Shown one piece after another: positions 52,422 to 64,000 of a DNA stretch of 64,000 nt (position 1 is its first letter; the number at the start of each line of letters is the position of its first letter). The position numbers and the translations under genes are program-made. Origin of the DNA: Daphnia carinata. Taxonomy: Eukaryota. The notes beneath the pieces are model-generated. The model saw nothing but the letters and a program-made list of their open reading frames with translations. It was not told the DNA's origin and did not search any database. The stretch is from NCBI RefSeq assembly GCF_022539665.2, contig NC_081334.1, positions 2,294,001 to 2,358,000 on the forward strand, written 5' to 3'.

Positions 52422-55400
52422 TTGGGTAAAACGGGTTGCCATATTGCCATAGTTTTCACGGTTTCTTTTCATACGTCTGTAAAGCGAAGGGCGATGATTT
52501 CGAAATATGGCAGATGTGGATCGGTTAACTAATTATGACTATATCTACCTACACTACCAACAGCTGACGATCTGTCGAGCGTGCAGGTGTGATTTGTCTG
52601 TGGCAGAAGCAGTCTAGAAAGTCAACATAATATAGTGCCGTCTCATCCATTATTTTAGATGACATCCTTTATGTCACATCAATGAAAATTCTAATCCATC
52701 TAATAGATTTACCGAACTGTGAGCAAGAGTCAGCTTCGGTAATGTAAGCCCTCAGCAGATACAACAACGAGCCATATTCAAGTTGTAGCACAAAGTTCGT
52801 ACAGCCGTGATTATTCCCGAACACCTATGCAGTAGGAAATGCTTGACAGGCAAATGGTACGATAAATCCCATAAACAGGCATCGAATGAATAAATTGAAA
52901 GGCAAATGGTACAATAAAATTCCATCAATATTAATCTAATGAATAGATTTTTCCATCCAGGCTTTCTGGCAACTGCCATATAGCTTCTTATTGCATGATG
53001 GAACAAGGATTCTCCATCGTCGTCAAGTATGTTACACGGTAATGCATTTCTTCAGAGTTATCTAATTTTCTAACGTTAATCAAACATTTGCCATTTTAGG
53101 TGGAACGCTGCTGAAAGAAAGCAGGGACATGGCGAACAGGACTTCGGAAAATGTCTACCCTAAGGGTGATGATTACATTTGTCTTACCATTAATCAGCTG
53201 TAGGATAAAACTTGATGTACTATCAAAATATTTCACTCTTTTTTATTAGTAAAATGCAACACAGTTTAATTGTTCTGTTTCTCTCTTTTAGGATTTCCCG
53301 GGTAAAACTGTGTTGCTAATGTAATGTTACGGATGCCTCCTAATCTGTCCAGCAGTCATTTTCAAGGATGATCAAATCAGGAGGTTAAGAAGAAGTATAT
53401 GTCTAACGTTGAATTTTTGAATGGGTTTACCCAACATTTTTTTCATTAGCACATAGAGCAGCCAGCCAATGACACACAATTTAACTGTTTGATAACTTTT
53501 TGGAAGGACATTGTATGACGGAGGATCAGCCATTCAAAGGGGCATTTTATGGTAGATATTTCAACTACTCATTTTTGTTTGTAGTGAACACATACATTCT
53601 TCAATAACAAAACAAAAAAATGTTTTGCTTTCTAGATTGGGCTGAATCACATTTCTGTTATTCTGTGGCTGATAGATGGACCGCTACTGATTAACTTTTT
53701 TTGCGTAATTAATTTTTTTCCTTATTTTTGTTAAAATTCCAGTCTGCGTTGGTTCTTTTATGCGGACAAATAGCTTTTTTTTTTTTTTTTCTTTTCAACG
53801 TTATAATTGGATAGTGTAAAGCTGATTAGATTCATTTAGGTGTTCATTTTACTGTGAGCTATTAATATTTTGCATTCGATATAATCGTAATTTTCCAGTG
53901 AATAATGGAAGTGCTGGAAAACAAAATTAATTTTCTTTACAATTTGATTTCAGGGTATTTTTAGATTTTTATAGTTTTGAGTTTATTCAAGAGTCTGCAA
54001 GCTCTTTGCTGACTTCCTCATTCAGATATCGCCTGTCGACGATTTCACAGCCTCACGCAATTAAAGAACGTATGACAAAAAGTAAGTGATCTAAGCTAAT
54101 GAACACAATGCAATGTATTCTAACTATACCATTCAAAACAAAATTCCAGGCAAAAATGATGTATTCGGAGCAGAAAAATGAAGGTGTAATCCATTTTATT
54201 GAAATAGGCACACGACAACGCTCAATCAACGTCCTTGTCTCAGTGGAGAATTTTTTCCGTGAAACATATGGCCGAAATAATATTGCAGTTGTTCAACAAA
54301 GAAAATTGTATTGTCAGACAGCATTAATGTTTAATAGCTTGAAATCCAGAGATGTGTGAAGTTGCGAAATTTCTAGATGTGAAGTGCAATCAAGCTTCTT
54401 GTTGAATTGTGAACCCAAATTATGTATTGCCTAGAAATATCTAGGTTTTTGAATCAATAAATAAAAGACAGTAAAAAAACCGGGCTCAAAAACAGGTTAA
54501 ATCGCTATATTATAAAAATGCTGTTCATGATTTTGGTCGCTGCATTTGTTTAAATAAAATTGAAATGATACAAATATGGGGGGGAGGTGGCCCCCCATAT
54601 TTGTCATTCACGCTCAAGAAGTTTGTTAAAAGAGTTCACATCAGTGCCGTTCCCGTCTCGAAAAAACAAGATTTTCAATTTTTACGAATATTACGGTTAT
54701 TAATTGGAAAACAAGATGACGCTGCTGTGCCACTGCTTACTTGGTGACTGGGAGTAGTGAAACCTGTGTTCGAAAGTTTTTGTGAAGTATGTCGTATTCC
54801 AAGGGAAAATTCAAGAAAATCTAATGGTTGATCTGTGTGTTTTCATCCTAGAGTGTGTTTTGCAAGTGAAGCCCACAAAATGCTTGGTTTTTATGTTACA
54901 TGTCTTGTAATCACCTATGTCAGCTGTCAAACCAAAAAACTATTCACAACCCATTATGTTGCATTCATCAAACTATTCTGGTGCTCATTGAGAGGTATAA
55001 GACTTATGTTTTGTTATCAGAATCTCACTGACGGATTTTCTTTTAAGGTTTAGCTCATGAAACTTCATTTGTAAAGGATACTTCCCGTTGAGGAATGTCA
55101 CCAAAGATGCAAATCCTATGGGTAGGAATACCATAATATTATTCTTCTAATCTTTAACCGCTCATGGTCTCCTGTCAATTGTAATCTAACAGGTGCACCA
55201 AATTCGTCTTATGCTGCAGTGCCAACTGTAACCACAGCCATTTCGGTAGTTGTATACTCTACTTAGCCTACCAACAGACAAAGACATGTACCTCAACACA
55301 ATTTATATTGGTATTGGTAAACTTTTCTCATACCTAGTATAGTTTGTTTGTTTTATAAATTCAATATTCAACCATAGGACTGCCAACTCTTTGCCGTCTG

Positions 55401-55564
55401 CTGCCTATTTGCTGGCCCTACAGTATTTCTAGCCATTGGACAACAGAAGTAAGTCAAATTGCTTTCATACATTTGGCTACATCAGCAATCTTATATTTCC
55501 CACTAAGTAATTCTTTTTCTTAACATTTACGATACAGAACAAAGCCTTCTTCCTCTTCTCCACG

Positions 55565-55812
55565 CCCGTCTTCACCTCGCCCGTCGCCTCGCCAGTCGCC
55601 GCGTCTTCGCCTCGCCAGTCGCCGCGTCTTCGCCTCGCCAGTCGCCGCGTCTTCGCCTCGCCAGTCGCCGCGTCTTCGCCTCGCCCGTCGCCTCGCCCGT
55701 CGCCCTGTCTTTGCCCCGCCCGTCGTCCCGTCTACGCCTCGCCGGTCATCCCTTCTTCGCCTCGCCCGCCCTCCCGTCTTCGCTTCGTGGTCGCCGCGTC
55801 TTCGCCTCGTCG
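55565..55812. repeat. CpG-rich 23-bp minisatellite (cgcctcgccagtcgccgcgtctt), four perfect plus degenerate copies
   Basis: Exact 23-nt period from about 55585 to 55685 with decaying flanks. Confidence 0.9.
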
Positions 55813-55844
55813 TTTTGGTATTGTGTGTTTTGCAATGTTTATTG

Positions 55845-56169
55845 TTAACTAACCCGTTGGCTGCCACCCACCTTTTATCCCCTTTTTTTTTGTAGCTTGA
55901 CAGGGACGGGCCGCGCTGTTCTGCTCCATGGCTATCTGCCATGGGGTGGAGCAGCGCCACTGCCCAAGATTGGCCGAATGGCCCATAGGCAATGCACCAT
56001 AGGGAATCCCTTGTTCGAGACGGCGATGTAGACCTGGGATGTGCATTTCCGTAAAGGTCTCATCGCCGTTTCAGCCCGGACTGTCCTCAGTCCCCCTTGG
56101 TCGCTATCCTTTAGATAGCGATGTAGCTATAGTAGATAGTAGTGGCGTGGCAGCCAACGTGTTAGTTAA
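55845..56169. mobile_element. TTAA-bounded MITE-like element with ~27-bp terminal inverted repeats (piggyBac-like)
   Basis: TTAACTAACCCGTTGGCTGCCACCCAC (55845-55871) vs GTGGCGTGGCAGCCAACGTGTTAGTTAA (56142-56169); interior packed with hairpins. Confidence 0.6.
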
Positions 56170-56302
56170 GTGTATTTGTATGTATTGTATGTTGTATTAT
56201 GTGGAATATGTATAGTGGTGGATTTGTGGGTGGAAGGAGGGAAAATAAAATGCTTTGTAACATTAATTATTTTTTGCATTTATTTATTAAGTTGTTTTGT
56301 TG

Positions 56303-56372
56303 ACTGATATGGGGATCGAACCCAAGTATTCTAGCATGCTAATCAATAGCTTTTCCATTATGCCATCTATAA
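56303..56372 (-). pseudogene. Degenerate tRNA-like sequence (A and B boxes)
   Basis: TGGCATAATGG..TTAGCATGC..GGTTCGATCCC; stems broken. Confidence 0.45.
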
Positions 56373-56462
56373 TTTGTTATTACTATGATAGGCATTCCAT
56401 AATAACCTAATGACGAACTTATTTTAACATAGGCATCAAAATCTAAACTAATACTTGTAAGG

Positions 56463-56533
56463 ACAGTCATGGCGCAATGGTAGCGCGCTGTGCTGTAATG
56501 CTGTAGGTTTGTGGTTCAAATCCCAGATGAACG
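56463..56533 (+). pseudogene. Degenerate tRNA-like sequence (A and B boxes)
   Basis: TGGCGCAATGG at 56470, D-arm GCGC/GCGC, GGTTCAAATCC at 56513; acceptor stem broken. Confidence 0.5.
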
Positions 56534-57919
56534 ATAAACTAATGGAAACAATACTTATCATAAAAGGTGGCATAAACAATAAAGGTGAATTGAGCAAGCT
56601 AAATAAAAGAAAAGTTGATAAATGTAATGTGTGTAGCCCACCATACACAGACAACGTAAGAAACAAATTTTGCAAAAAATATTTTAGAAAAAAATTTTAT
56701 TAACAATTCTCTGCACATTATAATTATTTTTGCAACTTTAAAAAGGCACAATAGCCCTTTCAAAAGTTGCCGTCAACCCAGGCAGGGGGAGACACTGCCT
56801 TGTTGACCCACCGGGGAGATTACCCGGTGATTGGCTAAGAGAAGCCGGAAGAAGAGCCGAAGATTTGGAACATTTTTACTGGAGCGATTAACCTTTAGTT
56901 CGGATTTGTGGGTAGCCACGTCGCCCTCCGTGAACACATCATCGGACTAAGCGGACCTCCACGTCCCCTTTCCGGCCAGAGCCCTCCAAACCTCGGTATA
57001 TGTTATTTTTATATATACCGTACAGTAGGGGCATGACCCCCTACGGGCTTATTACGAGTCAAGGGGAAACGGGGCTACGGAAAGGAAGGGAGCCCAGATA
57101 TGCACTTCAATTTTTTAAAATATTAAATACCGTTTTTAAATGAGAATGTCAATAAAGTATGGAAATTCCATGTAGTGTATCCAATCATAATGCTTCATTC
57201 AGTACGTTGCCCCAAACAAGGAACCTTTTCAGATCAAAATTTATTATTAATCTATTATAAGACAGTAAAACTCCATTAAGCATAAAAACTCTTGATTCAT
57301 ATATACATTTCATACCTTAAATGACTCGTGAATTGATTGCTTAGCATATTCTTCTGAGAGAAGCTTCGGGTGAAACAACTGGAAATGACAACATATGTGA
57401 TATATACACGTACAACATACGACACGTCCCATTGGAGCTTCCTTCGTTGATAGATACGTTCCCAGAATGAACAAAATCCTTTCCTATTGAATAGGAAAAA
57501 GTTACGCAGATAATACATAATTATATAAAAGCTTCATTTTTACTTACAAGTAAATTTTAAGAGGAAGAAATTGGTCCTTGAAATGTTAGTGAATTAGAGC
57601 GTAATTCATTAATGTAACACCTGCATCATCAAACCTGAATCTCATTCAAGAACTAAAATTCCAGTTAGACAACCAGCAGCGCCAATGTAATTTCTTTAGA
57701 CACATCCACAGATTAAAAATTATTGGCCTTCTCAGAACCCAAAGTGAATTTTACTAGGACCGGTAGATCAAATTTAAGATCACAAGGGCCTGGGATGAAT
57801 TTTTTGTTGATTACTTCTCACTTTATTGCTGTGAAATAAATTTGATGGTATTATAGATTGATTACCTGAATAAAGCTTTACATTTCACACCTAGCAGGAA
57901 AACAATGGTAAACCTACAA

Positions 57920-59000
57920 AATAGTATTTCATTCAAGTTACTATGGGAGTCTATTAACTTACAATTCCACAACTCACCTTAAGGAATTTAACAATTTTTT
58001 GAATGTTAGGCAGCCAGTTTTAAGTGTCATCACCACAGCATTGAACAACTAATTGCACCTGAAACTCAACAGGATAGACAAAAGGTTGTATACTTGTGCA
58101 CAGGTGGTGATTTTTCCTACAATAATTATTTGCACATGTGTTTCTTTTACTAGAAGTGTCAAGAAGAAATGAGTTTACAAGAAAAGATCAACCATGGAAT
58201 TCATTCAATAAATAAAAATACCAACATGTGTGGAAGTGAAATTATCCATACATTTTCCAATTCATTATATTACTTAATCTAACCTATATCAAGAAAATTA
58301 AACAAACATCAGCTTAATTTATAAAAAAATTTTTTGTAAAAGTTAACAGTTACCCATAACATTAATCAAAGGCTTACAATTCCTGATTGGCTTCCACACA
58401 CCATTTCAGAAGAAAACCATTGGTAGTCCCTGGAAAAACATTTTGCATTTGTTTTAAATTTTCGTATCTAACAAACATAAAATCTCTCGCTTGTGAATCA
58501 TAAATGCGAGTATAAAAATTAACCCCGAAGGTATTAAATACCTAAATTAATGAAAAATAGTGAAGAATGTTACTAACACACATCCATACTCTACGCTAGC
58601 AGGCAATTTCAGATGTCAAAGTGCAGTAGACGCTTAGAGCCATCTATTGGACTTCAACGGAGACACTGCGCGCCATCTATTGGTCTTCAACGGCGACACT
58701 GCGCGCCATCTATTGGTCTTCAGCGGCGACACTCCGCGCCATCTATTGGTCTTCAGCGGCGACACTCCGCGCCATCTATTGGTCTTCAACGGCGACACTC
58801 CGCGCCATCTATTGGTCTTCAACGGCGACACTCCGCGCCATCTATTGGTCTTCAGCGGCGACACTGCGCGCCATCTATTGGACTTCAACTGAGACACTCC
58901 GCGCCATCTATTGGACTTCAACGGAGACGTTAAACGCCATCTAGTGGACTTCGGTGGAGTCCAGCGCCAACTATTGAGTGACATCAACGCCATCTATCGT
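57920..59000 (-). repeat. Right arm of the ~1 kb inverted repeat
   Basis: Reverse complement of 49730-50730 (see left arm). Confidence 0.8.
58639..58968. repeat. 33-bp minisatellite, 10 in-register copies of gccatctattggtcttcaacggcgacactccgc
   Basis: GCCATCTA recurs at 58639+33n up to 58936; two further degenerate motifs near 58965 and 58989. Confidence 0.95.
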
Positions 59001-59059
59001 GAATAAAGGCGCCTGGAATGCACGCCATCAGACGGGCATGAAAGCAAGAAATTTTTACA

Positions 59060-59720
59060 CTACCGGAATCCATTGCCTTTGTTTTTTATACATACTTTTT
59101 AAGGAAGTCGCTCTCCGCAAAACCTCAGCATCATTTTCTACTATAAATTTTTGGAATAGGTTATCTTCATTTTGTATAATAATAGTAACTTGTTAATCAC
59201 CATTTCAAGTAATAAAACTCTTTTTCCTATCAACTCTCATTATCATGTAACTATCGACATATTTGCCATTAGGGAAAACAAACCACATTTTTGAGTCATA
59301 CTAGTTGCAGGAAGAATATTGTCTGTTACCTTTCAAGTATGTTGCTTTCACCAAAACCTCACCATCATTTTTTCTTTCCAATTCAAGGAACATGCAGACC
59401 AAGCAATGTAGTCACACAACGTCTCATTTGATCAGCTAGCAGATTGACAGCAACCTGGAACAAAATGCAAAAGTAAATATGTTTTTATTCTTTACTTAAT
59501 AAGACATTTCCTTCAATGTTAACGTGCATGTAGGATGTAGATGTCAGAAAAAAAAGTTGCTTCTTTGCACCCATAACTACCTATAACTAATGCATAATTT
59601 TTGGCTATCAATTCTTGGAACAGGCAAACCAAACTATGTAACACACAACATTTTATGATCAGCTAGCAAAGATTGACAGCAATCTGGTATAAAATGTGAA
59701 AGTAAACATTATTCTACTTT
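59060..59720. repeat. About three diverged ~235-bp tandem units
   Basis: aaaacctca.catcatttt near 59119 and 59353; gatcagctagca..gattgacagcaa near 59430 and 59657. Confidence 0.6.
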
Positions 59721-61303
59721 AACATCACTGTGAATGAATGTGTAACTCAGAAAAACAAAGATTCTGAATTGTGCCTTACTTTAATTTTTTGGCAGCTACT
59801 TGCCCCTGAACACTGAAACCTAGTTTCCAACAAAATATAAGTTATGATCAATGCACAAAATTAGATAAAATATCAGTTGAATCTACTAAACTACTATTAT
59901 GTTGATAATTCAAATGTCTTGCCACTTCACTGCCTGTTGCCGGTAATCCTGCTTAGTCCTTAGGCAGTGAAAAGAAATCATTTAACGGCTGACAACATCT
60001 CACAAAATATTTTAATAATATAATTAGACATATGAATATAGTGAATTAATTCAACTTGGATTTGTTTGTTAACTTAACCATGGATTAAATAACTTAATAC
60101 ACTCCATGCAGCGCTTCTATTTGCTTATCTTGACAACGAGGTTCGTTCAGGTAAAAGCAGCATGTTCTATACCAAAAAGCCCACGTCCGCCGCAGCTTTA
60201 GAAGCCATGTTGAAAACTTAACTAGTACATTAGCTCATGAAGATTCCAGAAGTAGTCACCTTGCTGTAGAAACCTGTGAAACTGCGCGTGGTACGGTCCA
60301 TTGGCTCCTCAGTACTCAAACGCTTAGTATTCCGGTATTTGACGCCATTTTACAACGCCTGATTGTTCAAGTAACTTTAACTGACTTGTTAGTGTGCTGA
60401 CCCTCCAAGAAGCGTAGTATGACAGGAAACGCCATCTATCGTGGCGTCGGATGCCATCTACTGTAGCCATTCGTATCCACATAACACTTGCTTTGCTAAT
60501 TGCTCACATCTGTGAGCAACAATGAATCTAGTAGTTGGAGTAGAATTCAAATTGATGAGACGTACAGGGCGTCGTCTAAAATTATGCAAGAGACGGTACT
60601 ATGTTATGTTGAGTTACTAGAAGTCTGCTCCTGACATCTCACATCGGTACGCCCGACAAATTGTCAGCTGCTCTGCTTTTGCCAACCAAAGGTTGACATA
60701 ACCATAACCCCATAACTATGTTAACCGATCAACATCTGCCACATTTCGTATAAAAATCATAGTCCTTCGTTTTGCAGACATTGGAAAACATGAAAACAAT
60801 AGAAATTCGATTTCTATGTTGAATTTTGTTTTTGTCTGTCCTGTACCAAATAGGCTACTTAGGTTAAATCTACTGCATCCATGGGGCCCACCAACCAACC
60901 AACGATATATGTTGAGTAAAAGCTTCTGGATTTCGACCAATAACCGTGACATTAACGTGATGTATCCGCCTGTGTCATCCTAGACGGGCGGATATAAAAA
61001 AAAAAAAAATTTAGGCTCTACATTTTTTTTTCTTTACTCATTACCGTTTGCTCTTCTTATGACCACAAATACATTGTTATGCACTTGAAGTATAGAACCA
61101 TTACGCGTAACTATTGTATGTTTCACATGGATGACACTACCGACAGGTAGGAACCAGAAAGACAAAAAAGACAAAAAAAATAAAAAATAAAAAAAAATTA
61201 AAAAAAATTTATGAATTCGAAAATGAAACATAGTGAAAAGGGCCGAGTTAGGAAAACCTAGATAAATGGGGGACACCAGTGGCTCGACAAGATGTACTGA
61301 GTT

Positions 61304-62739
61304 TTACTGGGGATCCTTTGGCTCCGAATCAGCGGTAGGATCGAATGGATTCGGTCCACCGGGTCCACCCATTTGCCTCCTTAGTTGTTCCACCAGTTCA
61401 GGATTGGTTGCCTGCATCTGCTGTGCCAGTTGCTGCCCCCTGCACGAGTAGAAAACATCAAACCCCTTCAACATTGAGAAATTCAGTAAATTTTGCATTG
61501 CTTACACTTGAAGCAGGGATTCCAGTCCACCACCACCTTGACTAGAACCAGCCATCATTTGATTCATCCTATAAACTACCATTAAGTTATCGTTCACAAA
61601 AAGGAGCTGGAAATGAAAACTTACAATTGCTGCATGTTTGGATTGCTTAGCATTTGCTGCGCCATAGACATCAAACCTTTAAGTTGAAAAAAAAGCATTT
61701 AACACAAAGAGCTACGAATTACTATTCGTTGCTTAAGAGACCTGGGTTATTAAGCATAGCTCCCACATCAAGTCCTGGAATACCCAGGCCAGGAGGCATT
61801 CCAGGAAGACGTTCGGCTCCACCCGTTTGCTTAAGTTTTTCTTCTGCGATCTGTAGGTTACTCTGGTAGCTCTCGTTGTCTGGCTCCAACTGGACAGCTC
61901 GTTCATAGCATCTGACAGCTTCACCGTGCTGGTTTAGACTGGCATGGGCCAGACTACATTTTGAAAAATTTAACTTAATTTTAGACGCACTGAATATTGA
62001 CAGGAAAAAAACACCGCAATCAGATTGCGATAAACTACAATTTCCTACCCCATTCGACCGTAGGCTTTGCTATACAAAGGATCAATATTGATCGCTTTTT
62101 TGCAGTCGTCGATGGCATTCTGGTGTTGATTTAGTTTACTATGCGCTGCAGCCCGGTTACAATAATAGACAGCATTCCTTCCGTCCAGTTCAATAGCTCT
62201 ATGAAAAGAAATCAAAGTGGAAGAATAAAAATTGATAATGCCATGGGGCAGAAAACAGCCAGTAAATGGTGGCTAGTACTTTGAATAACACATAAGGGCT
62301 TCATTAAACTGCTCTGATTTCATTAGATTATTTCCTTCATTTTTCAGTTTTTCAGCTTGTGCTTTGCTTTCCTCAGATGCTTCATCTGGCATGCTTGAGA
62401 CCTGAAATATAATAATGTTATAGATTACATCACATTTAAACTGAATTCAGAAACCCTAACCTCAGAGGCAACAGCATCATGGAAGATATCAAGCAATGAC
62501 TTTGAGACACTCAATGACGCTGCATCGTCAGGTGACAGTTCAAATGCGGTTTCTAAACATTGCACAGCAACCTCAAGACTTTCCTATATTTCACCCAATA
62601 TAGTACTAGAAATATTTTATATTTTTAGGCTTAAAACAGATGTGTAATATACCTGAGCATCGGGTAATAAATTTCCGTATTGTTTTTGCTCCGCTAAAAA
62701 CTGCACGATGGCCAGTGCTAGCCGCTTCACACTTGACAT
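61304..62739 (-). CDS. SGTA: Small glutamine-rich TPR co-chaperone SGT, multi-exon
   Basis: [31 protein letters not shown] dimerisation domain; TPRs [35 protein letters not shown]-terminal [23 protein letters not shown]. Confidence 0.93.
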
Positions 62740-63336
62740 TCTAAAAGACTGTATATGTTAAAATACGTGAAATTTTTCAACGAAATATACACATTGATAT
62801 TAATAATTGCCAATACCTTTAGCGAATCGACAGTATGGATGTGATACCGCCAGGAAATGTTGACACACGTGTCAGTTATTCGTTGCTTTCCACTTCGTGA
62901 TTTAGCAAAGAACATAGAATTTTCCCAGCAGGCGACAGTCGTAGAATGCTCCATACACGAAGGCCAACTTGCGTCCGACCGGATACGAGAAAAATGGTAA
63001 CTAGCGCTCTTATCCTAGTAGTAGCAGTTCCAGTTCGATTTGTAATAACTCATAAATTACCTAAATATGTTTCACCGCAACCTCTTAAATTATTTATTAA
63101 ATTTTGAACCTTCACATAACGTGTGGTACAGGAAATAGCTTTCCCTGTACTAACGGTGGAATCACAAATGAAATGTTAAATTACGCAATTGCCTTTCTCG
63201 TCAGGCAACATGCACGTTTTGAAGCATTCAGTATCATGGCATCGTCTAGCAGACGAATTCGACCTGTCCTTTTCCTCTAAGTTCCGTTTTTTTTGTGTCG
63301 AACTTTTGTTCAAGTCACGAAACATTAAATTAAACA

Positions 63337-63951
63337 ATGGAATATCAAAGAGAACCATGGTAATCTTATTTACGTTAAATCCCAAATCAGCTGTGCTCAA
63401 ATTGTGTGCTCCATGACAGTGTTATATAGTCCTGAACTTTTTCTATGCTGGGGGGTCTAACAGTAGCTAAAGCAACGTGGGCACTTCCCGGTTTATAACA
63501 AACGCCGCTGTTTCGAACACTGTGCTGTGTATTTGTAAATTATCATCTCAGAATTATTTTTAATTTTTTTCAGCCCCTGGCGAATTGTTGACGATTGTGG
63601 TGGAGCCTTCACCATGGGAGCTATCGGTGGCGCTGTCTTCCAGAGCATCAAAGGATTCAGGAATGCCCCAAGTGTAAGTTGAGGAAGCATACTGAATTGC
63701 AATACCTTTTCACTTGTGAAATTTTCATTCATCCTATGGTTTTTCGTAAAACATGCAGGGTTTCCAAAGGCGTGCATTTGGCAGTATAATTGCTGTCAAG
63801 GAAAGGGCTCCAATTATTGGTGGCAATTTTGCCGTGTGGGGTGGAATGTTCTCCACCATAGATTGCACATTAGTTTACTTCCGGCAGAAAGAAGACCCTT
63901 GGAACTCAATCATCAGTGGATTTGCAACTGGTGGTATCCTTGCTGCCAGAA
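63337..63951 (+). CDS. TIMM17: Mitochondrial inner-membrane translocase Tim17, first three exons (continues past window)
   Basis: [71 protein letters not shown]. Confidence 0.96.
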
Positions 63952-64000
63952 GTAAGAACATTTTCAGCCTATCATGGGATGTGTCTGACAGTTAATTAAC

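Noticed and set aside
55520..55960. Arg/Gly-rich 146-aa ORF
   Set aside because: Derived from a 23-bp (non-triplet) GC-rich minisatellite.
58613..58993. Repetitive ORFs in three frames; CRISPR-like appearance
   Set aside because: By-product of a stop-poor 33-bp minisatellite; no unique spacers, no cas genes, eukaryotic context.
60962..61009. GC hairpin followed by an A-run, resembling a bacterial terminator
   Set aside because: Eukaryotic 3' flank of SGTA; a single hairpin beside a common homopolymer.
63361..63573. Longer TIM17 intron as a snoRNA host
   Set aside because: An 8-bp stem acagtgtt/aacactgt exists, but no properly placed C/D or H/ACA boxes.

Overview
AT-rich eukaryotic (arthropod) genomic DNA with 60-80 nt GT-AG introns; intron size and gene content suggest a branchiopod crustacean such as Daphnia (inference). 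1-17 kb is mostly non-coding and holds the first two coding exons of a class A GPCR (minus) and a cluster of tRNA-derived repeats. At 17.2 kb is a two-exon TATA/Inr gene for an unrecognised 144-aa secreted protein, then a ~1.5 kb palindromic element. 20.6-24.7 kb is an operon-like same-strand trio POLR3K-YRDC-PLEKHM1 with 82 and 61 nt spacers, each containing a 3' splice acceptor. Next come a secreted 4xMAM protein (minus), a Ca-channel alpha2-delta gene (plus) whose first intron contains NSE4 on the opposite strand, Mp20/transgelin, an intron-containing tRNA-Leu(CAA) and a signal-peptide-bearing apolipoprotein-L-like gene. 45.8-60.5 kb has no intact gene. It is a repeat-rich block with ~1 kb diverged inverted repeats carrying convergent CTCF-like motif arrays, foldback and hAT-like fragments, minisatellites, tRNA-like promoters and a TTAA-flanked structured element with a hammerhead-like core. 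The window ends with SGTA (minus) head-to-head with TIM17 (plus, truncated). All product calls come from recognising motifs by eye; no database searches were run.
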